A stretch of 64,000 nucleotides of DNA from the human T2T-CHM13v2.0 reference genome, Homo sapiens. The notes beneath the pieces are model-generated. The model was not told where the DNA came from. It saw only the letters and a list, made by a program, of their open reading frames with translations, and ran no database searches. Position numbers and translations under genes: made by a program. The stretch is taken from NCBI RefSeq assembly GCF_009914755.1, contig NC_060933.1; one strand, written 5' to 3'. This document shows, in pieces, positions 13,575 through 27,500 of this stretch (position 1 is its first letter; each line of letters starts with the position of its first letter).

Positions 13575-14110
13575 AACTGTTTTTCATATTCGAGAAAGAA
13601 AAAGATTATTGTTTGACCAAAGACTCAAATCTGAGATAACTTCTAATCAGTTCGCAAGCTGTAAAATTCAGTCAATCAGGACAGTCTCACTCCAGTGGCC
13701 ATGCCTCTGAAAATCAGTCATTCAACAATGGCATCACTCCAGTAACCGTGCTTCTGAAAGTTAGCAAGTTAGTAAAAATCTCAACCTTCTGAAACTCAAC
13801 CTACCAGTGACAGCCACATGCTTCTACACAAGAGCTGATCAGCAAAGGTCTCACTCCGGTGACCAGGCTTCTGAGATCCAGCCATCAATAAGAGCTTTAA
13901 TCCAGTGACCACTCTAACATAGCTAAAGTCCATTAATCTCTAAATACTCCTGCTTCTGAAAATCCATCAATTCTTGAACAGCAGACTTCCAAAAACTTCA
14001 TATATCAGTTCTGGGTTCACTAGGGAAGATTTTGCCTTACAAACGCAGCTCTCCTTTACAGTCAATGAAAAGTTTGCATTAGCTGTCAAGTTAAATTATT
14101 ATTACTTCAA
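13575..14110 (+). mobile_element. Probable ancient ERV LTR with degenerate internal tandem repeats; family uncertain (MER90/MER110-like)
   Basis: Repeated cactccagt..c..gcttctga.a.tcag.caatc units, then a TATA-like catatatc and cagctctcc...caatgaaa, an LTR U3-R-like layout. Confidence 0.5.
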
Positions 14111-14319
14111 ACATTTGCGAACCTTTTTATGGTTGAACCTTGTTTATGGTTAGTTTTGAATTGGACTTGTGAGTGAAAAACATACCGATGCTTTGACTTG
14201 AGATTATCATGTTTAATCTTTTTAACTCCTCTAGTTGTTAGTATTATCTTTTTTTAATTTGTGTATATGTGTATACACAAATTATACACAGTATAATTCT
14301 GTGATAAATTTTTGGAACA

Positions 14320-16302
14320 GAGGACAATCATTAAATGAGGGAAAAATGCTTTTGAAGTTATTTGTTCAGGGTACAATTGTTCAGTCAATATAAAAAATGC
14401 TGAAAAGATGAAATAGCACAGAATATAGCTAAGGAAAAGAGATATATAATTTTCTCAACTAGTACCAAAGAAAAGTGATTAATATTAAAACTCAGAAGAT
14501 AAAATAATTACAGCAGAAGTTGTAATGGCTGTCCACTATTTATATCATTAGTTTCATAGCTCCAATGACTGAACATATTGCTGTTATAAGCATTTTCTGA
14601 TTCCAAAATTGCAAATTTTCAAGTGTCAAAATGAAATTGATTGCAAAAATTTTTTAAATGAAAAAGTTCCATTTACTATTATAGAGATTATAAAAATCTA
14701 AATGTCTCATCTTTTTCATAACGTAGCCACAATGCAAGTTATCATACTTCAGAAAAAAATTTCCCTTTGATTGTGTAATATTGTTTTCATGAAAAGGCTT
14801 GCTTAGCCATAAGGCTACTGTAAGCAAAACTGTTTCTGATAAAACTTCAGAAATAATAGCAATTTTTTCAGAAATGCTCTTATTCAAATTGGAGTTAATA
14901 AAGAAAAAAATTTTTCTTTTATGAATTGATGGACATACTACAAATAAACATTTTGGTGGATATTTATCTGAAGGTACAAACAATATTTATTAAATGATTA
15001 AGCCAAATATGAATGATTCTATAAAAGATGTTGGCTGTTCTGCCCATATTCTACATAATGCTGCTAAAACAGTAGTTGATGCTGACATGGTTTGAAAACA
15101 TCCCCCAAAGTTCATGTTTTTGAAACTTAATCCCCAATGCAGCAGTATCAAAAGTTTTAAATAACTTTAAAAGGTTATTAGGTCATGAAGGTTCTTCCCT
15201 ATTGAATGGATTAACATCATTATCAATCACACATTGGTGAGAGATCATGGAAGTGGGCTCTTGATAGAAAGGATGGATTTGGCCAGATTTCAATTCTTTC
15301 TAGTACACCCATGTGCCTTCCACCAGGGGATGCTCCTTGCCAGATTCCATTGCCATGCTGTTGGACTTCCCAGTCTCCAGAACCATGAGTCAGATAAGTT
15401 TCTATTATTTACATAAATTACCCCATTTTTGGTGTTTTGTTACAGTAGCGAAAAACAGATTTAGACACATGCCCTTCTCATTCACACTGAAGTAATTTTG
15501 ATAAACTTTTTTCTTACTTTAGTATTTATACTGTTCACACTGAGCAATTAAAATATTTTTGTTATTCTGTTTACATTCAGTATTGTTCAATTCTTTCACA
15601 TTCAAAAACCTGTTGGCTCTCTTTAACAAATGTACTTGAGAGCATCTCATTTTATTTGAAGCACTAAAATCATACTTTAATTCTAAACAAAAATGCCCCC
15701 CAAATTCCTATTAACACTTTGTATAATCCATTGAGCAAAACCTAATTATTTCATGTTCATAGTTCACAATATCTCTTTAGCACATTAAAAGAAGAGCGGT
15801 GTTATTGCAGTACTCTTGCTTAAAATAACTTGTTGAATATAGTAAGGAATTGACCAAAAAAAAATTATCCCTGTGTCAAAATAAATACACTATTACTTAT
15901 AAACAGGAAAAGAAATTCCAAATTGAAATGGATAATTATTAAGGCTCCTGCGATGACTAATTCTTATAATAGATTTTATCACTTGAATAATTCAATTTTT
16001 TACATGGTTGTTATTAAATAATCACTAGCTTGAGAACATGCAGAGTCATCATTTATACTGTTGAAGAGAGATCAGAAAGAAAATTAAAATTCATGATAAT
16101 GCTATTATTTTGTCACTAAGTTTAACATATTTTTTCATTAATGAATGCTTAATGGACAAAATAACTAAATAAGGCTGATGTGACTACTGTACAGTTGTGT
16201 TGCAATGTAAATGTAATATAGACTGTGACTGCAAGAGATTTTAAAACAAATTTTGTAAATCATGGAACTGTTAAAAAGAGGCGAGTCATCACAGAAGTAT
16301 AA
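14320..16302 (+). pseudogene. Decayed hAT-family transposase (many stops and frameshifts; split by an MST LTR)
   Basis: Manual translation gives, in order: KIITAEVVMAVH (~14501), FSDSKIAN (~14594), SDKTSEIIAI (~14835), IKDVGCSAHILHNAAK (15021-15068, hAT CxxH), YFSIYTVHTEQLKYFC...ILSHSKTCWLSL (TRWLS-type motif), EALKSYFNSKQKCP, IFSLMNA*WTK (~16128, dimerisation domain) and ELLKRGESSQKY (~16265-16300). Confidence 0.88.
15083..15467 (+). mobile_element. MaLR solo LTR (MSTC/MSTD-like)
   Basis: tgacatggtttgaaaacatcccccaaagttcatg...aacttaatccccaatgc...ggacttcccagtctccagaaccatgag...ttagaca; 5-bp TSD gatgc (15078-82) / catgc (15468-72). Confidence 0.92.
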
Positions 16303-16629
16303 TCAAGGAAAGAGACACGTAATTTAGATACTCATAATTCGTTTCATGTAAATGACAATAGTGTTTTTTATTATTTGTATATCCCAGACAACATTTTTAA
16401 AATCTCAGTGTATGTATTCACAGGTAATTGGAAATCATTCTGTTTTAACTGGGCATCTTGTATTCTATTTGATAAATCTGACAACCCTAAGGAGCATGAC
16501 CAATTTGGAAACATTTTAGTGTTGTTTCTTGGACTGTGGCTCCTTAGACTGAGGGTATGGTATAATTCAAGTCCCAGGACTGCTGAGAGGAGAGCTATGG
16601 ATACCAATTATTAGGGAAGATTATTAATC

Positions 16630-16954
16630 CAGACAGTCCCTAACTTAAAATGGTTCAACTTAGGATTTTCTGAAGTTATAATGGTGGGAAAGCTATGGGC
16701 ATTCAGTAGAAACCATACTTCAGTACAGTATTAAGTAAATTATATAAGATATTCAACACTTTATAAAATAGGTCTTGTATGGGATGATTTTGCCCAACTG
16801 TAGGCTGACGTAAGTGTTCTGGGCATGTTTAAGCTATTAGGCTAAGGTATGATGTCCACAAGTTAGCTGTATTAAATGCATTTTTTACTTACAATATTTT
16901 CAGTTTAGGATGAGTTGATCAGGAATTAACCTCGTCGTAAGTTGAGAAGCATTG
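16630..16954 (-). mobile_element. MER47A (TcMar-Tigger)
   Basis: cagacagtccctaacttaaaatggttcaactt...gcattcagtagaaaccatacttc...gatgattttgcccaactgtaggctga...cgtaagttgagaagcat; it is the reverse complement of the family at 7273. Confidence 0.85.
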
Positions 16955-19812
16955 ATATTAAGAATACTAAGTTCTTCCCAACAAGTTCCAACAGAGATGA
17001 GATCTGTTCTTATTTTTGTTGTTGGTTCACTTGGTAAGAATTTCCCCTTCAAGATTGTCATTGTTGAGCACCTGATTTAATATGTTTGGGGAATCATCTC
17101 AGTTGTGGCTCTCCCACTAGTCGAGTTCAGATCCTGTTCCACAGTGGCACTAATGGCCAGTGAAGCTTCAAGTTTCTGGGTTGAGCATACCTCCTGGTCA
17201 GCCCTGGCTTCTGTGTGGGCTTTTCCACCTGTACATTAATTTTGTTTTTTTTTTGTGCATTTCAGAATATCTGTGTTAAACTACAGCAGTAGAAACATGA
17301 TAAAGTCTGTTTTAGAAAATGGATTTAGAATCAAGTTTATTTATGAATTTTAAAATTCAGCCACCGTGGAACATACCTGCAGGAGTTTCTTGTAATTTAA
17401 TTTTTTTTTATAGTAAGACATGCTTGTTATTTTAGGAATAAAACAAGTTCTATAAGTCTCATTAAAAAAGAGCAACCTTATCCACACATTCTTCTACAAC
17501 ATGCCCTGCCTCCCAGTGGTAACCACTTTGCACTTTTAATTATTTCATTTCTCATTGGGTTTCACATTTTTTAATGTGTTATCAATTTTTATAGTTTATT
17601 AATTTTAGGCATTGAATTTGACCTCTTACCATAAATGATGAGAACTTGGCCTTTACAGCCTCCCCCATTTTCATGCAACCATCCTTTTAAAATAATCATA
17701 TCATAATATTGAATAATGTTTAGAAATTGCATTATCATGAATGTATAAGTATAGTTTACTGTTATGCTAAATAATATTGTCATATTTCTCAATATTTTCT
17801 GTTTCTCATGAGCAAGGGTATTTAGTCTTCCCAAATATATCTGTCCTTCCAATAGCCAAGTGCTGCTCTGTCTGTTCTGTGTTTGGAATTCAGGATTAGA
17901 AAATTCTAGAAATAAGGATTCAAGGAAAGAAGTCAATTTCAGCTCTTATAGAAGGATAACTTGGGTTTCTCAAAGGTGAGCAGGGCCGTGGAGAGAGGTT
18001 AAGCCTGGCACTGCTCATCTGCCCTAGTCCTAGACCCCTTGCTCCTACTCAGAGGAGGTATTTAAAAAAACATTTTTCATAATAATTTCTTAAGAAAAAA
18101 AACTACACAAAATGCCATAAGCCATTCAGGGGCTTTTCAAAGTGACAAACAATAGAGATCCCAATGCAAGACCTAGCTGAACATAACTTTAACCTGTTTC
18201 TTCTCTAACTTGAAGTTTATATAGTTATAGAGAGATGGGATTTGTAAGGCTTCATACAGCTAGAAATCCCGCACTCAGTTTCCAGAAGAGTAAGAGAAAA
18301 GGAGCTTCATATTTTGCACATTGGGAACTGAAAGTTTGAAGGTGGCTGGGCCATTGTGAGGGGAAAAAACACTGACCTTGACTATGTTGGTGGGGATCAG
18401 CTGTTACTTGCCCCCAAGATCCCCTTCCCCTTCTGATGGAGGCTGACAAGTTCTGCTGTGCTAACTCAGCATTAATGAAATTCTGAAGCAATACTGCAGG
18501 TACCATTCCTATGCCCTCATATTCAGCTAGAGCAGAAAGGCATAAAAAACTTCAGCTCTGTATTTTGTGAACAGTGGAGCAGACAAAGAGATTGTTGCTG
18601 CTCCTCTTCACCTTCCTAGTCACAGAGAGAATTGTTTCTTGCTCAATGGTCCCATTCAAAGTCACTAGCCTTCCCTCTGTCTCTCAGCTCCGGAGAATCT
18701 CAGATAGGCTGGTGTGAGTGGTAAAGGTGTGTGACTATGTACAGGGTGACCTTGGCTACCTGACTGTAGGACACCCAGGGCTTAGTATGCGATGGGTATG
18801 ATAAAGCAGAATCCTTTGGTCTCCTCCTGTCATGACTCTTCCTCATGACAGGAGGAGTCCAAAGAACAAAGCAAAGGTCATAGCAAAACTGAGAAGGGGA
18901 GGAATAGATGCCACGTAGGCCAGGAGAGGGAATCTTAGCACAAAAACTGAAAGCACTCGGGTTACTCACCTGGCCACTGCAGTAGGTACTGGCTTCAGAG
19001 TTACATACACCACATGTGGACAGGGCCACATTTCCCCCTCCCTAACCCTAACAGATTCTAGCTCTGAAGGGCATAAAGGACAAGAACATTTTTGTGAAAA
19101 CAGTGGCCGTTTTGCATTTTTGAAAATGTTGAAAGTGTCCTGTGGACACCGAGTTGGATGAAGAATTGCTGTAGTGGGCACTGGGCTGGCCACGTATCCA
19201 TGGACCAGGGATATCTAACAAAAGGAAAATAACTTCTCTGAGGTCACATAGCAAGCCATACCTGGCTCTCAGTTCTTTATCTCCAGATACAAATCCGGAG
19301 GAAAGAATCATATAAGGATTTGAACACACTGGGGCTAGAAAGTGACTTGTCCAAAATAAACTAAGGACATAGTTCAGTAAGGCAGCCCATTCCCCCTCTG
19401 TTTCTAGCATGGTGTTTCCTCCTACACAACCTCCCACCTATGTGGAAGAGTTAATATGGTCCAAAGGAAAGAAAAACTCTTTAGCTGAAAAATGATTGGA
19501 GAATGAAGTAATATTTTACTAAAATTTTTCGAGGCTTTGTCCTCAGCCAGGGTCAGAAGATTTGAAAAATTCCCAGGGGCATCATTCACACATTTTGCAG
19601 ACTTGTTATCCAGTAGGATAACAATGGTGTAAAATAGGGGAAAAAGAAAAGGGGCTTCCTGGAATTATAAGACATGAAGTCCTATACCATAAGTGTAATA
19701 TCAGGACAACCAAAATGTATAAGTGTGCTGGGAGCCTGGGGATGGTGGGAGCATAAGGATACCAGGAATCAGCAGCTGGAGTCACAAATAACTCTTTAAT
19801 GAGTTCAGGTTA

Positions 19813-19840
19813 AAACAAACAAACAAACAAACAAACAAAC
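19813..19840 (+). repeat. (AAAC)n microsatellite
   Basis: Direct reading. Confidence 0.95.
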
Positions 19841-20182
19841 ATGACGGTGTGGGCATGGAGAATTGAACCAGAATCCAAGATATAAGAGGGAGTCAAGGCT
19901 AGCATTTGGTGTTCTTCTCTTTGAGGTCTTTCATTTAGAAATTTTATAGTTCCTTAAATCCTGAGCTAAAATTGGGCTGTGGTTACAAGGACAGGTACAG
20001 ATATTACTAGTCAGGCCATGCAGCATTTCAAGAACTTGTGGCAACTGCCTCCTATCCCCACCCTTGGGACTCAAGGCCAGTTCCTTCCTTCTACCAGAAA
20101 GCCTGAGACATAGTGCACTGCTGTGCAAGCTTAGATGTCATGCCAGTGCTTCAAAGTAAGAGGCAGTTTGGGCTGCCAATGA

Positions 20183-22540
<2,358 letters not shown>

Positions 22541-23329
22541 AAGTCACTGATTGGGAGATTCCTGTTCTGCTTACTTGCAGTCTGCTTGACAATCTACATT
22601 TGTAGCAGAAAAAAATAATAATAAGCTATTTATGACTGTCTCCCACTTCCAGAGGAGAAGCAGATGAGACTAGACCCCAAGAGAAATGAAAAGGTATTTC
22701 TGCCCTCCTGTCTTCCAGAAAGTTCTGGTCTTCTGTACTCAGAGATTGTTAATAACTTGTTTTCCCAAACCCCAAGTAAAAGTGTTAGGCACCTTTTATG
22801 CAACTCTTCTTGTGTGGGAGGTCAATTTAGATGGGTATTTTGGAGAAGGAAGATGTGAAGGTTGGGAACGCGGCACTGCTAGGTTGAAAGGTGAAAGAGA
22901 TGCTTAAGGGTGACAGGGACTTGAGAAAGTAATGCAGCAAAAGATTCCAAAGTGGCAAGATCCTTGTGGAAATCTTGAATTAAGTAAGACTCTTGTTTTG
23001 TAGAGCTTATTTGATGCCTGGAGACTTCACCCTCCAATACTACTGTCTTGGAAACTCTAGCTATAGCTGTCAGTGCCCACACTTGGCACAAAGGCTGTGG
23101 AGACAACTGCCTTTAATGGACCATAAGGGCTTCACAATGAGCTTCCTGGCAGCAATCACAATGGGCAGAAGCCAGAAGCTCCATCTAAGGTATTTTTTGG
23201 ATATTATGTGCCATACTAAAGAAGAAGGTCTCCATTTATTACAGATATTGATCTCTTCCCATAGTCATGGTGTGACTTAGGGTTAAAATTAATTTAGGAA
23301 AATGGAGTAATGGGATATTTTTTGTTCCT

Positions 23330-23505
23330 AGTGTTGTGGAACAAAATCATGCTGTTACATTTATTGTTTCATTTAATCTTCATAAGCCCTTCAAAGTAGA
23401 CATTGTTTCCTTTCACAAAGAAGAAAACGGAGTATTAAAAAGGTACTATGTATTTAATGAAACACATAAAAGAAGGAAGCTGGGTTGGAGAACCTCCTCA
23501 GATTT
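23330..23505 (-). mobile_element. MIR (degenerate)
   Basis: catttattgtttcatttaatcttcataagccct...tttcacaaagaagaaaacggag. Confidence 0.6.
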
Positions 23506-23519
23506 TAAAAAAGCCTGCG

Positions 23520-23990
23520 GATGTAACTGACAGAAAAGGCAATCTAACTAACTTAAATAACTGATATTTGTAAATGCAAAATCTGGGAGTAGGGATGGCT
23601 TCAAACCCCAGAGTTGATTCAGAGACTCAAGTAATGTCCTAAGGATTCAAGTTATCCCCAGTTTTTGGCTCTCTGTCTTCTGTACTGAGTTTGCTTTCAA
23701 GCTTTGTGTTGTAGCGAGATGGCTGCCAACAAGTTCAGAGCTATATTTTCTTATGTTGAAGCACAGCTGAATAAATGGTGCCTCTCTCAGCAAGGCATCT
23801 ACATAGTCTTATTGAGCCTTATTGGCTCCAGTTAGATCACATGTCCATGGTTGAACCAATCAATCCCTGTGGCCAAAGGTATGGAGGTATGGGTGTTATT
23901 TTTAGTCAGGCCTGAGTCACAGACCAACCCTTGGAGAAAGGATATGGGGAAAACACATCTCCACATGCACATGGTAAAAAGACTGAGAAA
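23520..23990 (-). mobile_element. Old MaLR LTR (MLT1J/K-like)
   Basis: gtaactgacagaaaa...gagatggctgccaacaag...ttattggctccagttagatcacatgtccatggttgaaccaatcaatccctgtggcca...gtcaggcctgagtcac. Confidence 0.7.
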
Positions 23991-24419
23991 CATAGCTTGT
24001 TTTTTTCAATAGGGTACACTTTCCAAAAAGATGAAGGAATATTGGATTTCAAAATAAAAACAGTAACAAAGCAGATATCTTCTGTAGCCCTCTTTCATTG
24101 TCCCCAATCCCATCTATTGGCTCTCTGCCACGTGTAACATGCCATTTGAGCCAATGGAACTATGTTCCATTACAATGAAAACTGTATCTTCCACTTACAT
24201 TATCTTCTCAGCCATATTGGGTGGAATTTGGCTCACTTAGAGGAATGGGGATGCATTATATTAACAAATACTAATTACATTTCCTGCTTTAGGTGTGAAC
24301 TCTGCTTCTCCTATTAGACTTCAGCAAATCAAGAATTCAACAAATCAAGAAGTCAGTTGATTCGAAGGCTATATTGTGCAATGATTAGATGCTCTTATAT
24401 TTCCTAGCAAAAAATAAGA

Positions 24420-24590
24420 ATGATAATAAAGCTATCATTCATTAAGCACCTAATATTTGCTGGCTCTGAAATGTTCCATACACATAATTACTAATCAGAA
24501 ACATGCCATGCACATAATTACTAATCCTCACAGCAGCCTGAAAGGGAGGATACTATTATCCCTATTTACTAAATGAGGATACTCTAGTTA
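24420..24590 (-). mobile_element. MIR 3' part (a second MIR piece lies at ~24885-24985)
   Basis: aatcctcacagcagcctgaaagggaggatactattatccctatttactaaatgaggatact; later aaacttgctcaagatca...caagatttgaaccaattctctctgataccaaagg. Confidence 0.7.
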
Positions 24591-27500
24591 TGTGTAGTAG
24601 ATAATTTTTGACGTTCTTTCCCAGGTCATGATGAACTGTTAATCACCCACTCTTACTCACTTCCAGTGATCTTTTCCTACCTTCCATATGTTTTGTAAAA
24701 TAGAGCAAATTGGTCTGTAGAAAGAAGAATGAAACAGATGGACCACAGTAGTCTAGTGTCTTCTAAGTTCCCCATAAAAGGTCTGACTATTGCTATTAGG
24801 TTTCATAAAATACTCCTAACATATTTAAAACTTCTCTGCAAGCCAAGCCCCAAAGAAAATGTATGTATTTTAATCAAAAATCAAAATAAACTTGCTCAAG
24901 ATCATTTCACCAGAAAGTACTGGGGTCAAGATTTGAACCAATTCTCTCTGATACCAAAGGCAGGGTTGAACCACTGCAATGTGCTTTCACTTCCAGGTGC
25001 TGCAACTTGAATTCCCAACATTGACATATTTAATTCCAAAGAACATTACACCAGCTTTTAGTCAAATGAAAAAGTTAACCAGCTGCTATCTTAGCTGTCA
25101 AATTTCTAGGAAGCAGCTTAAATTGTAGGAGAATATGAATCATCATGGATATCCTATGTAAATGTCAATTAGCATGGCTTCTGTTAACAATGAACTCCTT
25201 GCTTTCACTATTTAAAAAAAAAGAATAGGTAATAAAATCAACATGCTGGATTTTTCAAAATAAAAAAAAACACAAAAGTACCCGTGTTATAATATTACAG
25301 TGATGATACCTATAGTTAGAAGTGAAATGGCGTTCGTGGGTGTTATAAAAGAGCAAAATCAATTTCATAGTCTAAACTACATATTATTTAAAAGGAGCAC
25401 ATATTGAAAAGACATTTAAGGTTCTCTCTACATAGGAAAGCACTTTTTCTTCTGTGGTCTTTGCTAAGTAATGAGCTATTTATAATTAGCCAACTCATAT
25501 TTAACGTAATTTTCTAAAGTATACAGCTTAGATTTTATTTTGCCAAAATTATCATGGTTCATGGTTCATTGCCTTCAAAATTATCAACGTGGTTCATTGC
25601 CTTCAAATCTTCACATTTGGTTTAGAGATTCTTTCTTGCTTTAATCCTCCACTAAGTCAAACTGCTTGCAAATACACTTTACAGTAAATCTGTACTAAGG
25701 GGATGCCTAGTTGTACTTTTCATTTACGCTTGCACTTGCCTTCTTCTGGAACTGGTATTTTACAGTAATAGCTACACATTCTTAGTTGTTTGCTAAAGTG
25801 AAGTCTTGTTTACAATATATAGAACAGCGTATATAAGGCGCACTATTTCACAATTGTGTAATTACAGCAGCCAAGGCTTAAGTTAATGAGTTTCCTAAAT
25901 AGCTTTAGAAGAGAGATCGCAATATGAAAAGCTTAGCGTGGAAAACATAGGGATTATCTAGTCCATCAGAGCTCCATCTCAACTATTCTAGAAAGATAGC
26001 TTTATATCCTATTTCAAAAACTGTCCAAGAAATAGATTCCAAGTTAAAATCTGTATGAAAGAATACTCCCCAAGACTGCTCTATTACTGATTTTTCATGT
26101 GTGAAATGGCACTGGAGATGTGGTGTATAAATTTGAAATGATGTCTGAACCAGTTATTTTCTTTAAAACGTAAGATTTCATTTGAAGAGGACCTATTAAG
26201 TAATTCTATGAGTAAATTCACAGTCATTACCTGACAATCTGCTTAACTCCATCACGATCAGAATGGATATTCATGAGCATAAATAGTCAATATTGGCTCT
26301 AGGAAATCAATTACTCCACTGTTATCCATCAACAATCCTCTTGAGCTCAGGCTTCATATCTATCACTTAAGATAGGTGAGAAAAAACCCCTTTCAATGAT
26401 ATAAAAATAGCACATAATCATGTGAAGTTAAGTGGATGCCACCCAGTATTAGATGTGGGAATTGTGAGACAGAAATACATAATATCATCTTAAATGTAGT
26501 TTCATTTGCTTGTTTGTTTGTTTAGTGTATGTTGAGCTCAACTTTTTCCATCTAGTACCTATCTTTCACTCATTCCATCTCTGAATGATCTGGATAGGTT
26601 TTCTAAACAAATGACTTTATTAAGATGATACCTCCCTCCAAATCATTGAAAGTGTTTCTGACACAAAGGTGCCCTTTGCAGCCTGGAAATTCTACTAATT
26701 TTCAAAATACAATTAATTTCTCAGGGTTTAAAGAATGAGTTTTAGTCTATAGTCTTATACTTGATAGTGTCTGTAGCAGTTATACTATTATACCAATAGT
26801 GAGTGTACAAAAATTACTTGTGGTTATAATACATAAAGTGAACAGGATTTTTCTTCATGGAAACAACTAATACTTAATGTAATAGAAAACGATATAATAT
26901 ATGATTTACTACCACAATTTCACCTATAAACTACATTACAATGGCCCAAAGACTGAGGCAGAAACTAGGAAAGTAGGATCACAGCGGGGGAAACCCTAGA
27001 GTTGTATTGTCACATTGCCTGTGCATCTGTTTTCATGTTTGTACAAATTCTGGCAACCAGATAATAATAGCTGATGATGACAAATAGATATTTGACCAAT
27101 TAAACATAAAGATACTAGCTAAAATGGGATACTTTTGCATAAAGGTAAAACACATTGCTTTTTTAAAAACGGAATTTGTGTATCTTTTTGTGTATCATTT
27201 TGCACAAATGCACACTGTGAATACATGTAAAACTAAAATTCTGCATTGAATACACATCACAAAGAAACAGAAAGGCTAATGGAACTTTTTACTGTAACTT
27301 TTGGTAAGGTCCTAATGATAGCATATACTTGAGAGGGAAGGATATTATAACTATTTTTTTGAACACTGAAATTTGAAATTTGCCATTTTCCTTTTTTCAT
27401 ACCTAATATATGATACAGAGGTGCATATTAAAATACTGAGGTAGAGTTTCTGCACAGTAGAAGAGGATTTGCCACAAATTTTCTTGGCCACAGGGTTCCA

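Larger units (their letters stand above)
14300..16489 (+). mobile_element. Ancient autonomous-type hAT DNA transposon remnant with a MER53-like right end
   Basis: Transposase motifs are present (next entry). The terminus ttttaactgggcatcttgtattctatttgataaatctgacaacccta (~16443-16489) matches the recalled MER53 end. The left end was not found. Confidence 0.82.

Noticed and set aside
13650-13975. CRISPR-like repeat-spacer array
   Set aside because: The units are degenerate tandem copies without unique spacers, there are no cas genes, and the DNA is primate.
14320-16302. Domesticated functional ZBED-like transposase gene
   Set aside because: It has numerous stops and frameshifts and an LTR insertion in the catalytic region.
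16960-17800. Possible very old L1M fragments
   Set aside because: The similarity is too weak to assign by eye.
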